NCBI GenBank assembly: GCA_002353295.1
Contig: DEJG01000019.1
Coordinates: 104,977-168,976, forward strand
Source: Prevotella sp. UBA2754
Lineage (GTDB): Bacteria; Bacteroidota; Bacteroidia; Bacteroidales; Bacteroidaceae
Length of the DNA stretch: 64,000 nucleotides
Direction: 5' to 3'
Position numbers and translations under genes: made by a program. This document shows positions 48,250 to 57,019 of the stretch, piece by piece. The notes under the pieces were generated by a model. That model was not told the origin of the DNA. It ran no database searches and saw nothing but the letters and a program-made list of their open reading frames with translations. The first letter of the stretch is position 1; each line of letters starts with the position of its first letter.

Positions 48250-48281
48250 TTTGGAATGTTGAAGAAATATCCATATATTTG
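48250..48281 (+). promoter_or_regulatory. Primary-sigma promoter
   Basis: TTTG 48250-48253, 20-nt spacer, TATATTTG 48274-48281. Confidence 0.75.
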
Positions 48282-48315
48282 CATTCTATTTATTTGAAAA
48301 TGGAGGACTTATGTT

Positions 48316-49110
48316 ATGTCTACACTAATGATCATCATATTGGCTGTTATTGTTTTGGCGCTCATGGGAGCCTTATGGTATATCATGACCTTGAAGAGTC
48401 AACACTATGCGACATCAAAGTCTGAACGCATGAAACTGGCGTTTCTTAACAATATCAACAACGAGATTCGAGCTCCTTTGAAATCTGTGACAGAATTGGC
48501 AGGCATGGTAGCCAAGGAAGATTTGTATCTCTCCAAAAACGAGAAGCGCAATATAGCCGATCAGTTAATCTACAATGCCAACCTCGTTTCAACCTTGATG
48601 GACGAAATCATGATGTTCTCTGATAGTGAGAAAGAAGCTCATCGCCTGCATATTGAGTCTTTCAGTCCTAATGCGCTCTGTCGTCGTTGCTTGGAAGCCA
48701 ATATGCTCAGTCTTTATCATCGGCAAGCTGTCAAATTGAACTTTAAACGCGAGATTAATGATGAGTTCTTTATGAAGAGCGACCGTCATTTGGTTGAACT
48801 GATTCTCAACAAACTGATTCTCAATGCTTGTCGCTTTACCGAGGTGGGTGAAATCGTTGTAGGGTGTAATCTCAGCGAGAATGTCGATTGCTTGACAATC
48901 TTTATAGAGGATACTGGAGTAGGCGTTCCTGAAAATCGTCGCAACAAGTTATTCACCTGGTTTGATCAGCCTGATGACATGCAGGATGAGGTTGAACTTG
49001 ATTTGAGTATTTGTCAGCGCATCTCGCAGAAGATAGGTGGAACACTTTTTATGGACGAGCACTATCAGCGTCGTGGCACTCGCTTTGTGCTTCTACTCCC
49101 GTTGCACTGA
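48316..49110 (+). CDS. Degenerate membrane histidine kinase-like protein (His replaced by Asn)
   Basis: N-terminal TM, FLNNINNEIRAPL at the H-box position, NACRF, DTGVGV, LDLSI in place of GLGLSI. Confidence 0.82.
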   Translation: MSTLMIIILAVIVLALMGALWYIMTLKSQHYATSKSERMKLAFLNNINNEIRAPLKSVTELAGMVAKEDLYLSKNEKRNIADQLIYNANLVSTLMDEIMMFSDSEKEAHRLHIESFSPNALCRRCLEANMLSLYHRQAVKLNFKREINDEFFMKSDRHLVELILNKLILNACRFTEVGEIVVGCNLSENVDCLTIFIEDTGVGVPENRRNKLFTWFDQPDDMQDEVELDLSICQRISQKIGGTLFMDEHYQRRGTRFVLLLPLH

Positions 49111-50470
49111 TCTCTGTATCCTCATCGCTTAGGTCCAATTGCTTATTCCACAGGTACTTGCGGGTCTCATAGACGATGACTCCGCTCAATGCTAATAGGG
49201 ATATGAGGTTCGGAATAGCCATCAGTGCATTCATACAGTCGGCCAGATTCCATACAATTTCCAAGTTCATTACACTTCCTATGAAAACGACGATGATGAA
49301 AGCCAGTCGATAGGCAATTACCCACCGCTTTCCACTTAGATACTCCATCCCCTTTTCGCCATAATAACTCCATCCAAGGATGGTTGAGAAGGCAAAGGTC
49401 AGCAGTCCGAATGTCAGAAGTGGTTTTCCTACTACAGGTATCTTCGAAAAAGCCGCGTGTGTCAGTACCGCCCCGTTATCAAAACTGATGTCGGGATAAG
49501 CTATTACGCTGCTTACAATGACGATACCCGTCATGGCGCAAATCACTACCGTGTCCCAAAATGTGCCGCTGCTTGATACCAGTGCCTGTCTGACTGGATT
49601 GCGAGTCTGGGCTGCTGCAGCCACTATGGGAGCCGAACCCAGTCCCGATTCGTTGCTAAATAGTCCCCTGGCTATACCAAAACGGGCTGCCATCATAACT
49701 GTTGTTCCAACAAAACCACCTCCTGCAGCCTGTGGGCTAAAGGCCGACTCACAAATCAGTTTGATGGCAGGCCACACATACGGTCCATTCACGCAGATGA
49801 TGTATAGACACCCTATGATATAAATTATGGCCATCAGGGGCACCAAAGCCGAGCATACATGAGCGATACTCTTGACGCCGCCCAGTATGACGGCAGCCAC
49901 CATGAGTGCAATGATTGCACCTGATATGTATGGCGATATGTGGTAGGTTTCCTGCGCTACCGTAGAGATAGCATTGGCCTGCACTGTATTGCCTATACCA
50001 AAGGCCGAAATAGCTGTGAAGAGGGCAAACAATACGGCCAGCCATTTCCATCCCAGTCCGTATTCTAGTGCATACATGGGTCCGCCAACAGTTTTCCCAT
50101 TGGGCTTCTTTTGTCTGTACTTAATGGCTAGTAGGCCTTCCGCATATTTGGTGGCTATGCCGAACACACCCGTCAACCAACACCACAATACGGCTCCTGG
50201 TCCGCCCAGTGCAATGGCAGTTGCCACACCGATGATGTTGCCAGTTCCGATGGTGGCAGCCAGAGCTGTAGCCAGTGATGCAAACTGTGAAACGTCGCCT
50301 TGCGCTTCTTTATCTTTCTTTACAGAGAGACTGATGGCTTTGAAAATGTAGCGTTGTGGAAAATGCAGGCGGATGGTCAAAAAAATATGCGTACCCAGTA
50401 GTAAGATAATCATAGGCCATCCCCAAAGGATTCCACTGAAGTCTATAAGCCATTGATTGATTTGTTCCAT
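49049..50470 (-). CDS. Alanine/glycine:cation symporter (AGCS, AlsT-like)
   Basis: ATALAATIGTGNIIGVA, GGPMY, RGLFSNESGLGSAP, LGWSYYGE. Confidence 0.92.
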   Translation of the reverse strand: MEQINQWLIDFSGILWGWPMIILLLGTHIFLTIRLHFPQRYIFKAISLSVKKDKEAQGDVSQFASLATALAATIGTGNIIGVATAIALGGPGAVLWCWLTGVFGIATKYAEGLLAIKYRQKKPNGKTVGGPMYALEYGLGWKWLAVLFALFTAISAFGIGNTVQANAISTVAQETYHISPYISGAIIALMVAAVILGGVKSIAHVCSALVPLMAIIYIIGCLYIICVNGPYVWPAIKLICESAFSPQAAGGGFVGTTVMMAARFGIARGLFSNESGLGSAPIVAAAAQTRNPVRQALVSSSGTFWDTVVICAMTGIVIVSSVIAYPDISFDNGAVLTHAAFSKIPVVGKPLLTFGLLTFAFSTILGWSYYGEKGMEYLSGKRWVIAYRLAFIIVVFIGSVMNLEIVWNLADCMNALMAIPNLISLLALSGVIVYETRKYLWNKQLDLSDEDTEISATGVEAQSECHDADSARP

Positions 50471-50473
50471 ATC

Positions 50474-51070
50474 TTAGTCTTTGTATTGTATCTTGACTTG
50501 TTTGAAGCCCATGCCCTGCATCACCTGACGTACCTGAGCCTCCCCATTCTGTCGGGCAGTCTCTATGTTTTGGGGGGTCAATCCGCGCTGTAGCATACGC
50601 TGATAGGCTCTGCGCATCATGGTCTCGCGGTCTTTGGCTGTCCATGTGCCACTCTCAAAAAAACTCTTTGTACGGGCTTCGTCGATGAAATCTTTGTCCA
50701 GCAGTCCTATCTGTGGCAGTGTTATGTCTAAGGTGTCTTCGTTTACGCTAATCCATCCTGATTCCACTTGTTTCAAGTTGATGCCCAGTCGCATGGTGCC
50801 GTAATAGATTCTCACCAGTTGGTCGTCTGTAAAGATGCCACGACGGATGGTGTCAACCATCTCCTCGTCGCTGATAGCCAAAAACTCCCATTCGCCGATG
50901 GCTTTAATGCTCTGTATCTGCTGTGGGGTGATGTCAATGTGCTGGTCGGCTTCCACTTCCACGTGGCTTGTCTTGACACTGCGCCATATCCATCCTATCA
51001 GTATTACTGCAGCGATGATGACGATAGCATATAGTGCTATGATGTGTTTATTCCCTTTTACCATCTTCAA
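50474..51070 (-). CDS. DUF4230-like membrane-anchored protein
   Basis: N-terminal TM, IGEWEFL, YGTMRLGINL, ITLPQIGLLD. Confidence 0.7.
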   Translation of the reverse strand: MKMVKGNKHIIALYAIVIIAAVILIGWIWRSVKTSHVEVEADQHIDITPQQIQSIKAIGEWEFLAISDEEMVDTIRRGIFTDDQLVRIYYGTMRLGINLKQVESGWISVNEDTLDITLPQIGLLDKDFIDEARTKSFFESGTWTAKDRETMMRRAYQRMLQRGLTPQNIETARQNGEAQVRQVMQGMGFKQVKIQYKD

Positions 51071-51725
51071 TATTCATGTTGATCAGTGTCCGAATGTCTC
51101 TCAGACCATATTCCTTGCGGAACTGGATGGTGATGTCCTGCTCCTTATATCCCATTTGCGCAATCAGGGGCACTAATACACGTGCAGCATTCTCCTGAGC
51201 CATCGCAATGATGCCTAGCTGTGGAATGCTCTCAATGATGGCAGCCCGTCCCTGTTGTTCGTAGTTGGTCATCTCTGCATCAGTGAAATGCGACCTTACC
51301 AGTCCTACATATTCCTTGATGTTTTTTTGGTCTATCTTCGAACTTGTCATCACCACCTTGGGATCAGGCAGAGTAATAATGATTTTACCATCTTCGCGTT
51401 CCACATTCTTTTCCGAAAACTCGCTCATGTCGATGTAGGCCTTCAGGGTGGCATCCATTGGAATGGCTATTTTACGGTCGCCCAATGGCATCTTGATGTT
51501 GAAGTCCTGCCAAAGTACCGACCCCTTGAGTCGAATCACGTCGTCATGGGTCACAATCTTGTGAATCTTGTATTCTGTAGTGTAGATGCGTGAACACTGC
51601 TGAATCTGATTGACCAGAACAGGAATCGAGTCAGACCTTTCCGTCGTCACCTGCACTCTTTCATGCCGACTGCAACTGCAGCAGCATATCACGAAAAACA
51701 ACGATATGTATAGTATTCTCGACAT
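51048..51725 (-). CDS. DUF4230-like protein (possible lipoprotein)
   Basis: Start reassigned to MSRILYISLFFVICCCSC (51725), below the -7 box at 51745-51752; LKAYIDMS, ITLPDPKV. Confidence 0.72.
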   Translation of the reverse strand: MSRILYISLFFVICCCSCSRHERVQVTTERSDSIPVLVNQIQQCSRIYTTEYKIHKIVTHDDVIRLKGSVLWQDFNIKMPLGDRKIAIPMDATLKAYIDMSEFSEKNVEREDGKIIITLPDPKVVMTSSKIDQKNIKEYVGLVRSHFTDAEMTNYEQQGRAAIIESIPQLGIIAMAQENAARVLVPLIAQMGYKEQDITIQFRKEYGLRDIRTLINMNIEDGKRE

Positions 51726-51942
51726 TTTGTCAGCGATTTGACTGCAAAGATAGTTAAAAAATATCAAAATGCTACATTTCTATCATTTTTTTTATCTTGT
51801 TATTAAACTTTTTTTTTGTTTGCGCGTCATATTCATGAAATCAGACATAACGAGTATTATGACTGCTCGACTCTCAACTGACACAAAAGGTAAAAAAGTG
51901 GAACATCATAGTGATTTAGGTTAACATAGTGTTTTTTCATTT

Positions 51943-51966
51943 GGGGGCAAGCGTGCCCCCTTTTTT
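51943..51966 (+). terminator. Intrinsic terminator in intergenic region
   Basis: GGGGGCA-AGCG-TGCCCCC followed by TTTTTT. Confidence 0.8.
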
Positions 51967-52053
51967 GAAGAAAACAGTCGCAATATTTTGGTGTATTCAA
52001 ATTTTTGATGTATTTTTGCATATACATTTAATTATAAACAAAAGAGGTAAATC

Positions 52054-52947
52054 ATGAAAAAATCAACATTCCTTATCCTATGCCTGTTCTGTGTCCTGAT
52101 GGCTGGTGCACAAGACTTTCAAACAGAGATTGCGTTGGTTGAAGTGCCCGACTTCAATGGTAAAACTTTAGCAAAGGCACCTGTCGGTAAGAGCAAGACA
52201 TTGCAACTGACACGTACCAAGTATTCAAGAACCCTTGACAGTTATACAGAATTGGCGCTGCCTTCACTTAAACTGGGCAACATCATCGGACATCCAACAC
52301 TCGGTTGGGACGATACCGATTTCAAAGTTCCCGGGGGTGTGCCTACTATATATGATACAGAATGGACACTGAACGATGTGTTTACCGATGGCGACTTCCC
52401 TGTGGCTACATACGGCAGAACACCGAATGACGAGAAGCTGCCCTGGGGTGAGACAGAAAGGCAAATCTCTTGTCGCGGCAGAGACCCGCATCTGATTATG
52501 CTTTTGGATCCGACGAAGGAAGTAAAGAAGGTGTATAACACCCGCGAACTCACATTTCCTCCACAGGAAAACAACAGACATTCAGTGGAATGGGCCGTCG
52601 TGAAGGATGGTGTACTGTATTTTTCAGTCACGTGTGGCGTGGCACCCAGTAAGAACTCAAAAGGCTATTACATGGTGGCAGTGGATATCAATACCGACAA
52701 GACACTATGGATGAGCAAGCCTCGTACTGTTACCTCGGGCAACTTCCTGATTGTCGATAATTCTATCATCTGTGGTATGGGTGGTTCCGGTATTCCTGAT
52801 TATATTTACGTGCTGAACCGCTATACGGGTGTTAAGACGCATGAGTATTGGATTCCTACAGCTGCCTATTGGTTTGCCATCGGTGAGGACCAGCAGCTTT
52901 ATGCCACCCTTTACGACAGACACTTGTCGTTTAAGATCATAAAATAA
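52054..52947 (+). CDS. Secreted hypothetical protein, partial PQQ-like beta-propeller
   Basis: Signal peptide; AVDINTDKTLW and VLNRYTG blade-like motifs; promoter TTTG 51987, N20, TATTTTTG 52011. Confidence 0.6.
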   Translation: MKKSTFLILCLFCVLMAGAQDFQTEIALVEVPDFNGKTLAKAPVGKSKTLQLTRTKYSRTLDSYTELALPSLKLGNIIGHPTLGWDDTDFKVPGGVPTIYDTEWTLNDVFTDGDFPVATYGRTPNDEKLPWGETERQISCRGRDPHLIMLLDPTKEVKKVYNTRELTFPPQENNRHSVEWAVVKDGVLYFSVTCGVAPSKNSKGYYMVAVDINTDKTLWMSKPRTVTSGNFLIVDNSIICGMGGSGIPDYIYVLNRYTGVKTHEYWIPTAAYWFAIGEDQQLYATLYDRHLSFKIIK

Positions 52948-53043
52948 AGCTATCACCCGTTCAGATTAAGATACAATTACAAAAAAGACAAAAACACTTG
53001 AATAATTTGGTGTTTTGCTCACTTCTTCGTACCTTTGCCAGCC

Positions 53044-55635
53044 ATGAGAGAACAAAAGTACACTGGGCTGAATGAGGAGGAAGTACTCAAGAGTAGGGCA
53101 GAGTATGGTAGAAACGTGTTTTCTGAACCAGACAAGACGTCACTTTGGAAACGGTTTCTGGAGAAATTCTCCGACCCTTTAATCGTGATATTATTGGTGG
53201 CGGGAGCTCTTTCTATAGCAATCTCCTGCTATGAATATTTTTCTTTGGGACTGGACAAGACGGTGTTCTTCGAACCCGTAGGTATCTTTATAGCCATCTT
53301 CCTGGCAACGGGGATGGCTTTTCTTTTTGAAGTCAAAGCAGACAGGGAGTTTGCTATTCTGAATCAGGTGAACGACGAGGAACCTGTGATGGTAATCAGG
53401 AATGGACACCGAAAGCAGATACCAAAGTGTGACGTGGTGGTAGGCGATATCGTGTTACTGGCTACGGGTGACGAGATAGCAGCAGACGGACTGCTGCTGG
53501 AATCGGTCTCACTGCAGGTTGATGAGTCGACACTGACGGGTGAACCGATCTGTCATAAGAGTGAGCGCGAGGAGGATTTCGATACGGAGGCCACGTTCCC
53601 CACTAATCAGGTACTGAAGGGTACGAAAGTGATGGAAGGTCATGGCGTGTTCCGTGTGAGGGCAGTGGGCGATGCCACCGAGAATGGTAAGGTATATGAA
53701 GCTGCCAAAATAGACGATAGTGTGAAAACACCACTGAACGAGCAGCTGGACCGACTGGGTGAGCTGATAGCCAAGATGAGCTATGGCATTGCCTTCCTCG
53801 TGATTGTGGGCAGGGTTCTGATGTTCTTCCTCAACTACGACTTCGAATGGATTCATTTTATCACCTACCTGTTGCAGACTATCATGATAGCTGTGACACT
53901 GATAGTGGTAGCTGTACCGGAAGGTCTGCCGATGGCTGTTACTCTTAGTCTGGCCTATAGCATGCGCCGTATGTTGAAGACCCATAATCTGGTGCGCAAG
54001 ATGCATGCCTGCGAGACGATGGGAGCTACCACGGTAATCTGTACTGATAAAACAGGAACACTGACTCAAAATCAGATGCACGTCTATGAGGCATGCTTCG
54101 AGGGTCAGCCCCAGGAATTGGTGCAACAGGGAATAGCCGTGAATACTACAGCAACCCTGCAAATAGAGGAGGGGAGTAACCCCAGTGTGCTGGGTAATCC
54201 TACAGAGGGTGCTTTGTTGTTGTGGCTATATGATCAGGGAGTGGACTATCGGGTACTGAAAGACGAGGTGACGGTAGAAACCGAGTTGCCTTTCTCTACG
54301 GAACGGAAGATGATGGCTGTGGTGATTAGAGGTAAGGAAGGCAGGCGTCTATACGTGAAGGGAGCCTCTGAAATACTGGCTACTTACTGCACCGTCACGG
54401 AACAACGGCTGGCAACCGTGCAGCAGCAGTTGCTGGGATATCAACAACAAGGCATGCGTACGCTGGGATTTGCCTATAAGCAACTGTCTGAGTCGGAACA
54501 GCCTATCGTTGACCAACAACTGGTTGTCGAGGACATGACGTTCTTGGGCATTGTAGCTATTTCTGACCCTGTGCGTCCTGATGTGCCTGATGCCGTCAGA
54601 GAGTGCCTGGATGCTGGTATTGCCGTTAAAATCGTAACGGGTGATACTGCTGCAACGGCACGCGAGATAGCCCGACAGGTGGGATTGTGGACTGAACACG
54701 ATGGTGAGCGACAAATGATTACCGGAACGGAGTTTGCTGCCCTGAGTGATGAGGAACTGTTGGAGAGGGTGGGCGATTTGAAGGTAATAGCCCGTGCTCG
54801 TCCGATGGATAAGAAACGACTAGTGGAAGCCCTCCAAAAATTAGGACAGGTGGTGGCTGTGACGGGCGACGGAACCAACGATGCACCAGCCCTGAAGGCA
54901 GCGCATGTAGGACTTTCTATGGGCGATGGGACATCGGTGGCTAAGGAGGCTTCTGATATCACCATTATAGACAATTCCTTCAGCAGTATCGGCAGAGCCG
55001 TGATGTGGGGCCGCTCGCTCTACAGGAATATCCAGCGTTTCATCCTGTTCCAGATGACGGTGAATGTGGCTGCCTGTCTGATAGTCCTGGTGGGTGCTTT
55101 CATGGGTACGGATGTACCGCTGACAGTAACGCAGATGCTATGGGTCAACCTGATTATGGATACCTTTGCTGCTATGGCATTGGCATCGTTGCCACCCACG
55201 GAAGCGGTGATGAAGGAAACACCACGCGATCGTAAGGCCTTTATCATCGGCAAACAGATGGCCTGGCAGATAGTAGGGGTAGGTGTACTTTTCTTCGTTA
55301 TACTGCTCTACCTATTATATACGTATGAACAGAAGGGGTGGTCGGCTGAAGAACAGAGCAAATTCTTCACTATTTTTGTCATGTTGCAGTTCTGGAATAT
55401 GTTTAATGCTCGTGCCTTCGCCACTGGCGAGAGTGCCTTGAAGGTGAAAGGCTGCAAAGGTTTTGTGTTCATAGCCCAACTCATTTTCATAGGTCAGATA
55501 CTTATAGTCATGCTGGGTGGTAAGATGTTCAATGTGGTACCACTGCCCCTTACAGAGTGGCTTGAGATTATTATGGCCACGTCTTTCGTGCTGTGGATAG
55601 GTGAAGCCGTCAGATGGTTGAAAAAACGCAGATAA
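53044..55635 (+). CDS. P-type IIB Ca2+-translocating ATPase (PMCA-type)
   Basis: VPEGLP, DKTGTLT, KGASE, TGD, GDGTNDAPAL. ATG at 53044. Confidence 0.93.
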   Translation: MREQKYTGLNEEEVLKSRAEYGRNVFSEPDKTSLWKRFLEKFSDPLIVILLVAGALSIAISCYEYFSLGLDKTVFFEPVGIFIAIFLATGMAFLFEVKADREFAILNQVNDEEPVMVIRNGHRKQIPKCDVVVGDIVLLATGDEIAADGLLLESVSLQVDESTLTGEPICHKSEREEDFDTEATFPTNQVLKGTKVMEGHGVFRVRAVGDATENGKVYEAAKIDDSVKTPLNEQLDRLGELIAKMSYGIAFLVIVGRVLMFFLNYDFEWIHFITYLLQTIMIAVTLIVVAVPEGLPMAVTLSLAYSMRRMLKTHNLVRKMHACETMGATTVICTDKTGTLTQNQMHVYEACFEGQPQELVQQGIAVNTTATLQIEEGSNPSVLGNPTEGALLLWLYDQGVDYRVLKDEVTVETELPFSTERKMMAVVIRGKEGRRLYVKGASEILATYCTVTEQRLATVQQQLLGYQQQGMRTLGFAYKQLSESEQPIVDQQLVVEDMTFLGIVAISDPVRPDVPDAVRECLDAGIAVKIVTGDTAATAREIARQVGLWTEHDGERQMITGTEFAALSDEELLERVGDLKVIARARPMDKKRLVEALQKLGQVVAVTGDGTNDAPALKAAHVGLSMGDGTSVAKEASDITIIDNSFSSIGRAVMWGRSLYRNIQRFILFQMTVNVAACLIVLVGAFMGTDVPLTVTQMLWVNLIMDTFAAMALASLPPTEAVMKETPRDRKAFIIGKQMAWQIVGVGVLFFVILLYLLYTYEQKGWSAEEQSKFFTIFVMLQFWNMFNARAFATGESALKVKGCKGFVFIAQLIFIGQILIVMLGGKMFNVVPLPLTEWLEIIMATSFVLWIGEAVRWLKKRR

Positions 55636-55691
55636 TCTTTGGTATATAAGAGAAAAATGTTAACTTTGCATCATCATATAATTAAAAGCAA

Positions 55692-56267
55692 ATGAAAACA
55701 AACAGAATCTTGACGGTCATGGCGGGATGCCTTGTGCTGACCCTAATGGCTTGTGGCGGAAAGAAACAGAGTAGTGATATTATCGTAACCGATCGGGTGG
55801 AAGTACAGAAGCCCCAGGAGCCTATTAGTCTGCAACCGTATAACGACAGCCGTGATGTGAACTGGATTGGTAAGAAATATCATGTGAACATCAACCGTCA
55901 CCCCAGCGACTCGCTGCCTATGGTGAAGGACGAGATGGGACAGGAGTTCGTCGACAACTACATCACGATGGAAGTGTTGCGCCAGGATGGTTCCAGATTC
56001 TTCAGTCGGAAGTTCACGAAGAAAGATTTTGAGAGGTATCTGGATGATGACTATCGCGCTACCGGCATTTTGGAAGGCTTTGTGTTTGACAAAGCAGATG
56101 GTGACTGGTTGGAATTTGCAGCCAGTGTGTGCCATCCCCAGACGGATGAATATATTCCTTTGATAGTCAGATTGTCGCGTATGGGTGAAGTGACTATCCA
56201 GCGTGACAGTCAGATGGATACCACTTCTATCGAAGAGGAGCAGGGTCAGAAAGAAGACGGAGTATAG
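55692..56267 (+). CDS. DUF4738-like lipoprotein
   Basis: LVLTLMA|C lipobox; ATGILEGFVFD, SVCHPQTDEYIP; promoter TTTG 55638, N19, TAACTTTG 55661. Confidence 0.75.
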   Translation: MKTNRILTVMAGCLVLTLMACGGKKQSSDIIVTDRVEVQKPQEPISLQPYNDSRDVNWIGKKYHVNINRHPSDSLPMVKDEMGQEFVDNYITMEVLRQDGSRFFSRKFTKKDFERYLDDDYRATGILEGFVFDKADGDWLEFAASVCHPQTDEYIPLIVRLSRMGEVTIQRDSQMDTTSIEEEQGQKEDGV

Positions 56268-57000
56268 TCTTCCACTGAGCGCTAAGCTCCTTCATGCTTG
56301 GCATGATGAGATCGGCACCTTGGTTGATGAGTTCTGCATCAGGCAAGGGTCCTGTGTTGACACCAATCGTAAAGCATTGAGCCGCTACTCCGGCTTGTAC
56401 CCCCAGTGGTGCATTCTCGACCACAATTGTTTCCCATGGCTTCGTACCCGTTTTGCGCATTCCTGCCAGATAGGGGTCGGGTGCCGGTTTGCCGTGACTG
56501 ACATCGTAGCTGGTCACAATCAGGTCGGCATGAATAAGCCCCTGGTAGTCGGATGTCAGTTTGTCGAGCAGTGTGTGCTGCCCACTACCCGTCACCACAC
56601 AGATGGTCAGTCCGTCAGCCTTTATCTGTTGCATCAGTTCTTGGGTGCCTTCCATCTTGCGAGCAGGAGGACAATGGCGGAAATAGTCGCACTTGAGATC
56701 ATACATCCGTTTAGCCTCTTCGTCACTGATGTCACGCCCCCATTGCTGACGAGCCTTCAACTTGATGGTCTCCACGCCCCGCATTCCTTCGTAGCGGTAA
56801 GCTTCCTCTGGAGCCATCTCAATGCCAACTTCAGCCATTGATTGATGCCAGGAAAGTGCATGATTGGGCATGGAGTCGTAGATAACTCCATCCATATCGA
56901 AAAGCACGGCTTTCGGACAGAACTGTCCGAAGCCGTGCTTGTTCTTATAATGAGAAATGAGTTGTGAGTAATGATTAACGTTCATTTCGTCATTTTTCAT
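56227..57000 (-). CDS. HAD-family phosphatase (beta-phosphoglucomutase-like)
   Basis: FDMDGVIYDS, VTGS, GKPAPDPY, VENAPLG. Alternative start at 56985. Confidence 0.88.
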   Translation of the reverse strand: MKNDEMNVNHYSQLISHYKNKHGFGQFCPKAVLFDMDGVIYDSMPNHALSWHQSMAEVGIEMAPEEAYRYEGMRGVETIKLKARQQWGRDISDEEAKRMYDLKCDYFRHCPPARKMEGTQELMQQIKADGLTICVVTGSGQHTLLDKLTSDYQGLIHADLIVTSYDVSHGKPAPDPYLAGMRKTGTKPWETIVVENAPLGVQAGVAAQCFTIGVNTGPLPDAELINQGADLIMPSMKELSAQWKTILRLLSDPAPLR

Positions 57001-57019
57001 TTCTCATTTTTCATTTTCA
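56982..57019. repeat. Short TCATTT tandem array at the pgi/HAD junction
   Basis: TCATTTCG TCATTTT TCATTTC TCATTTT TCATTTT CA. Confidence 0.75.
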
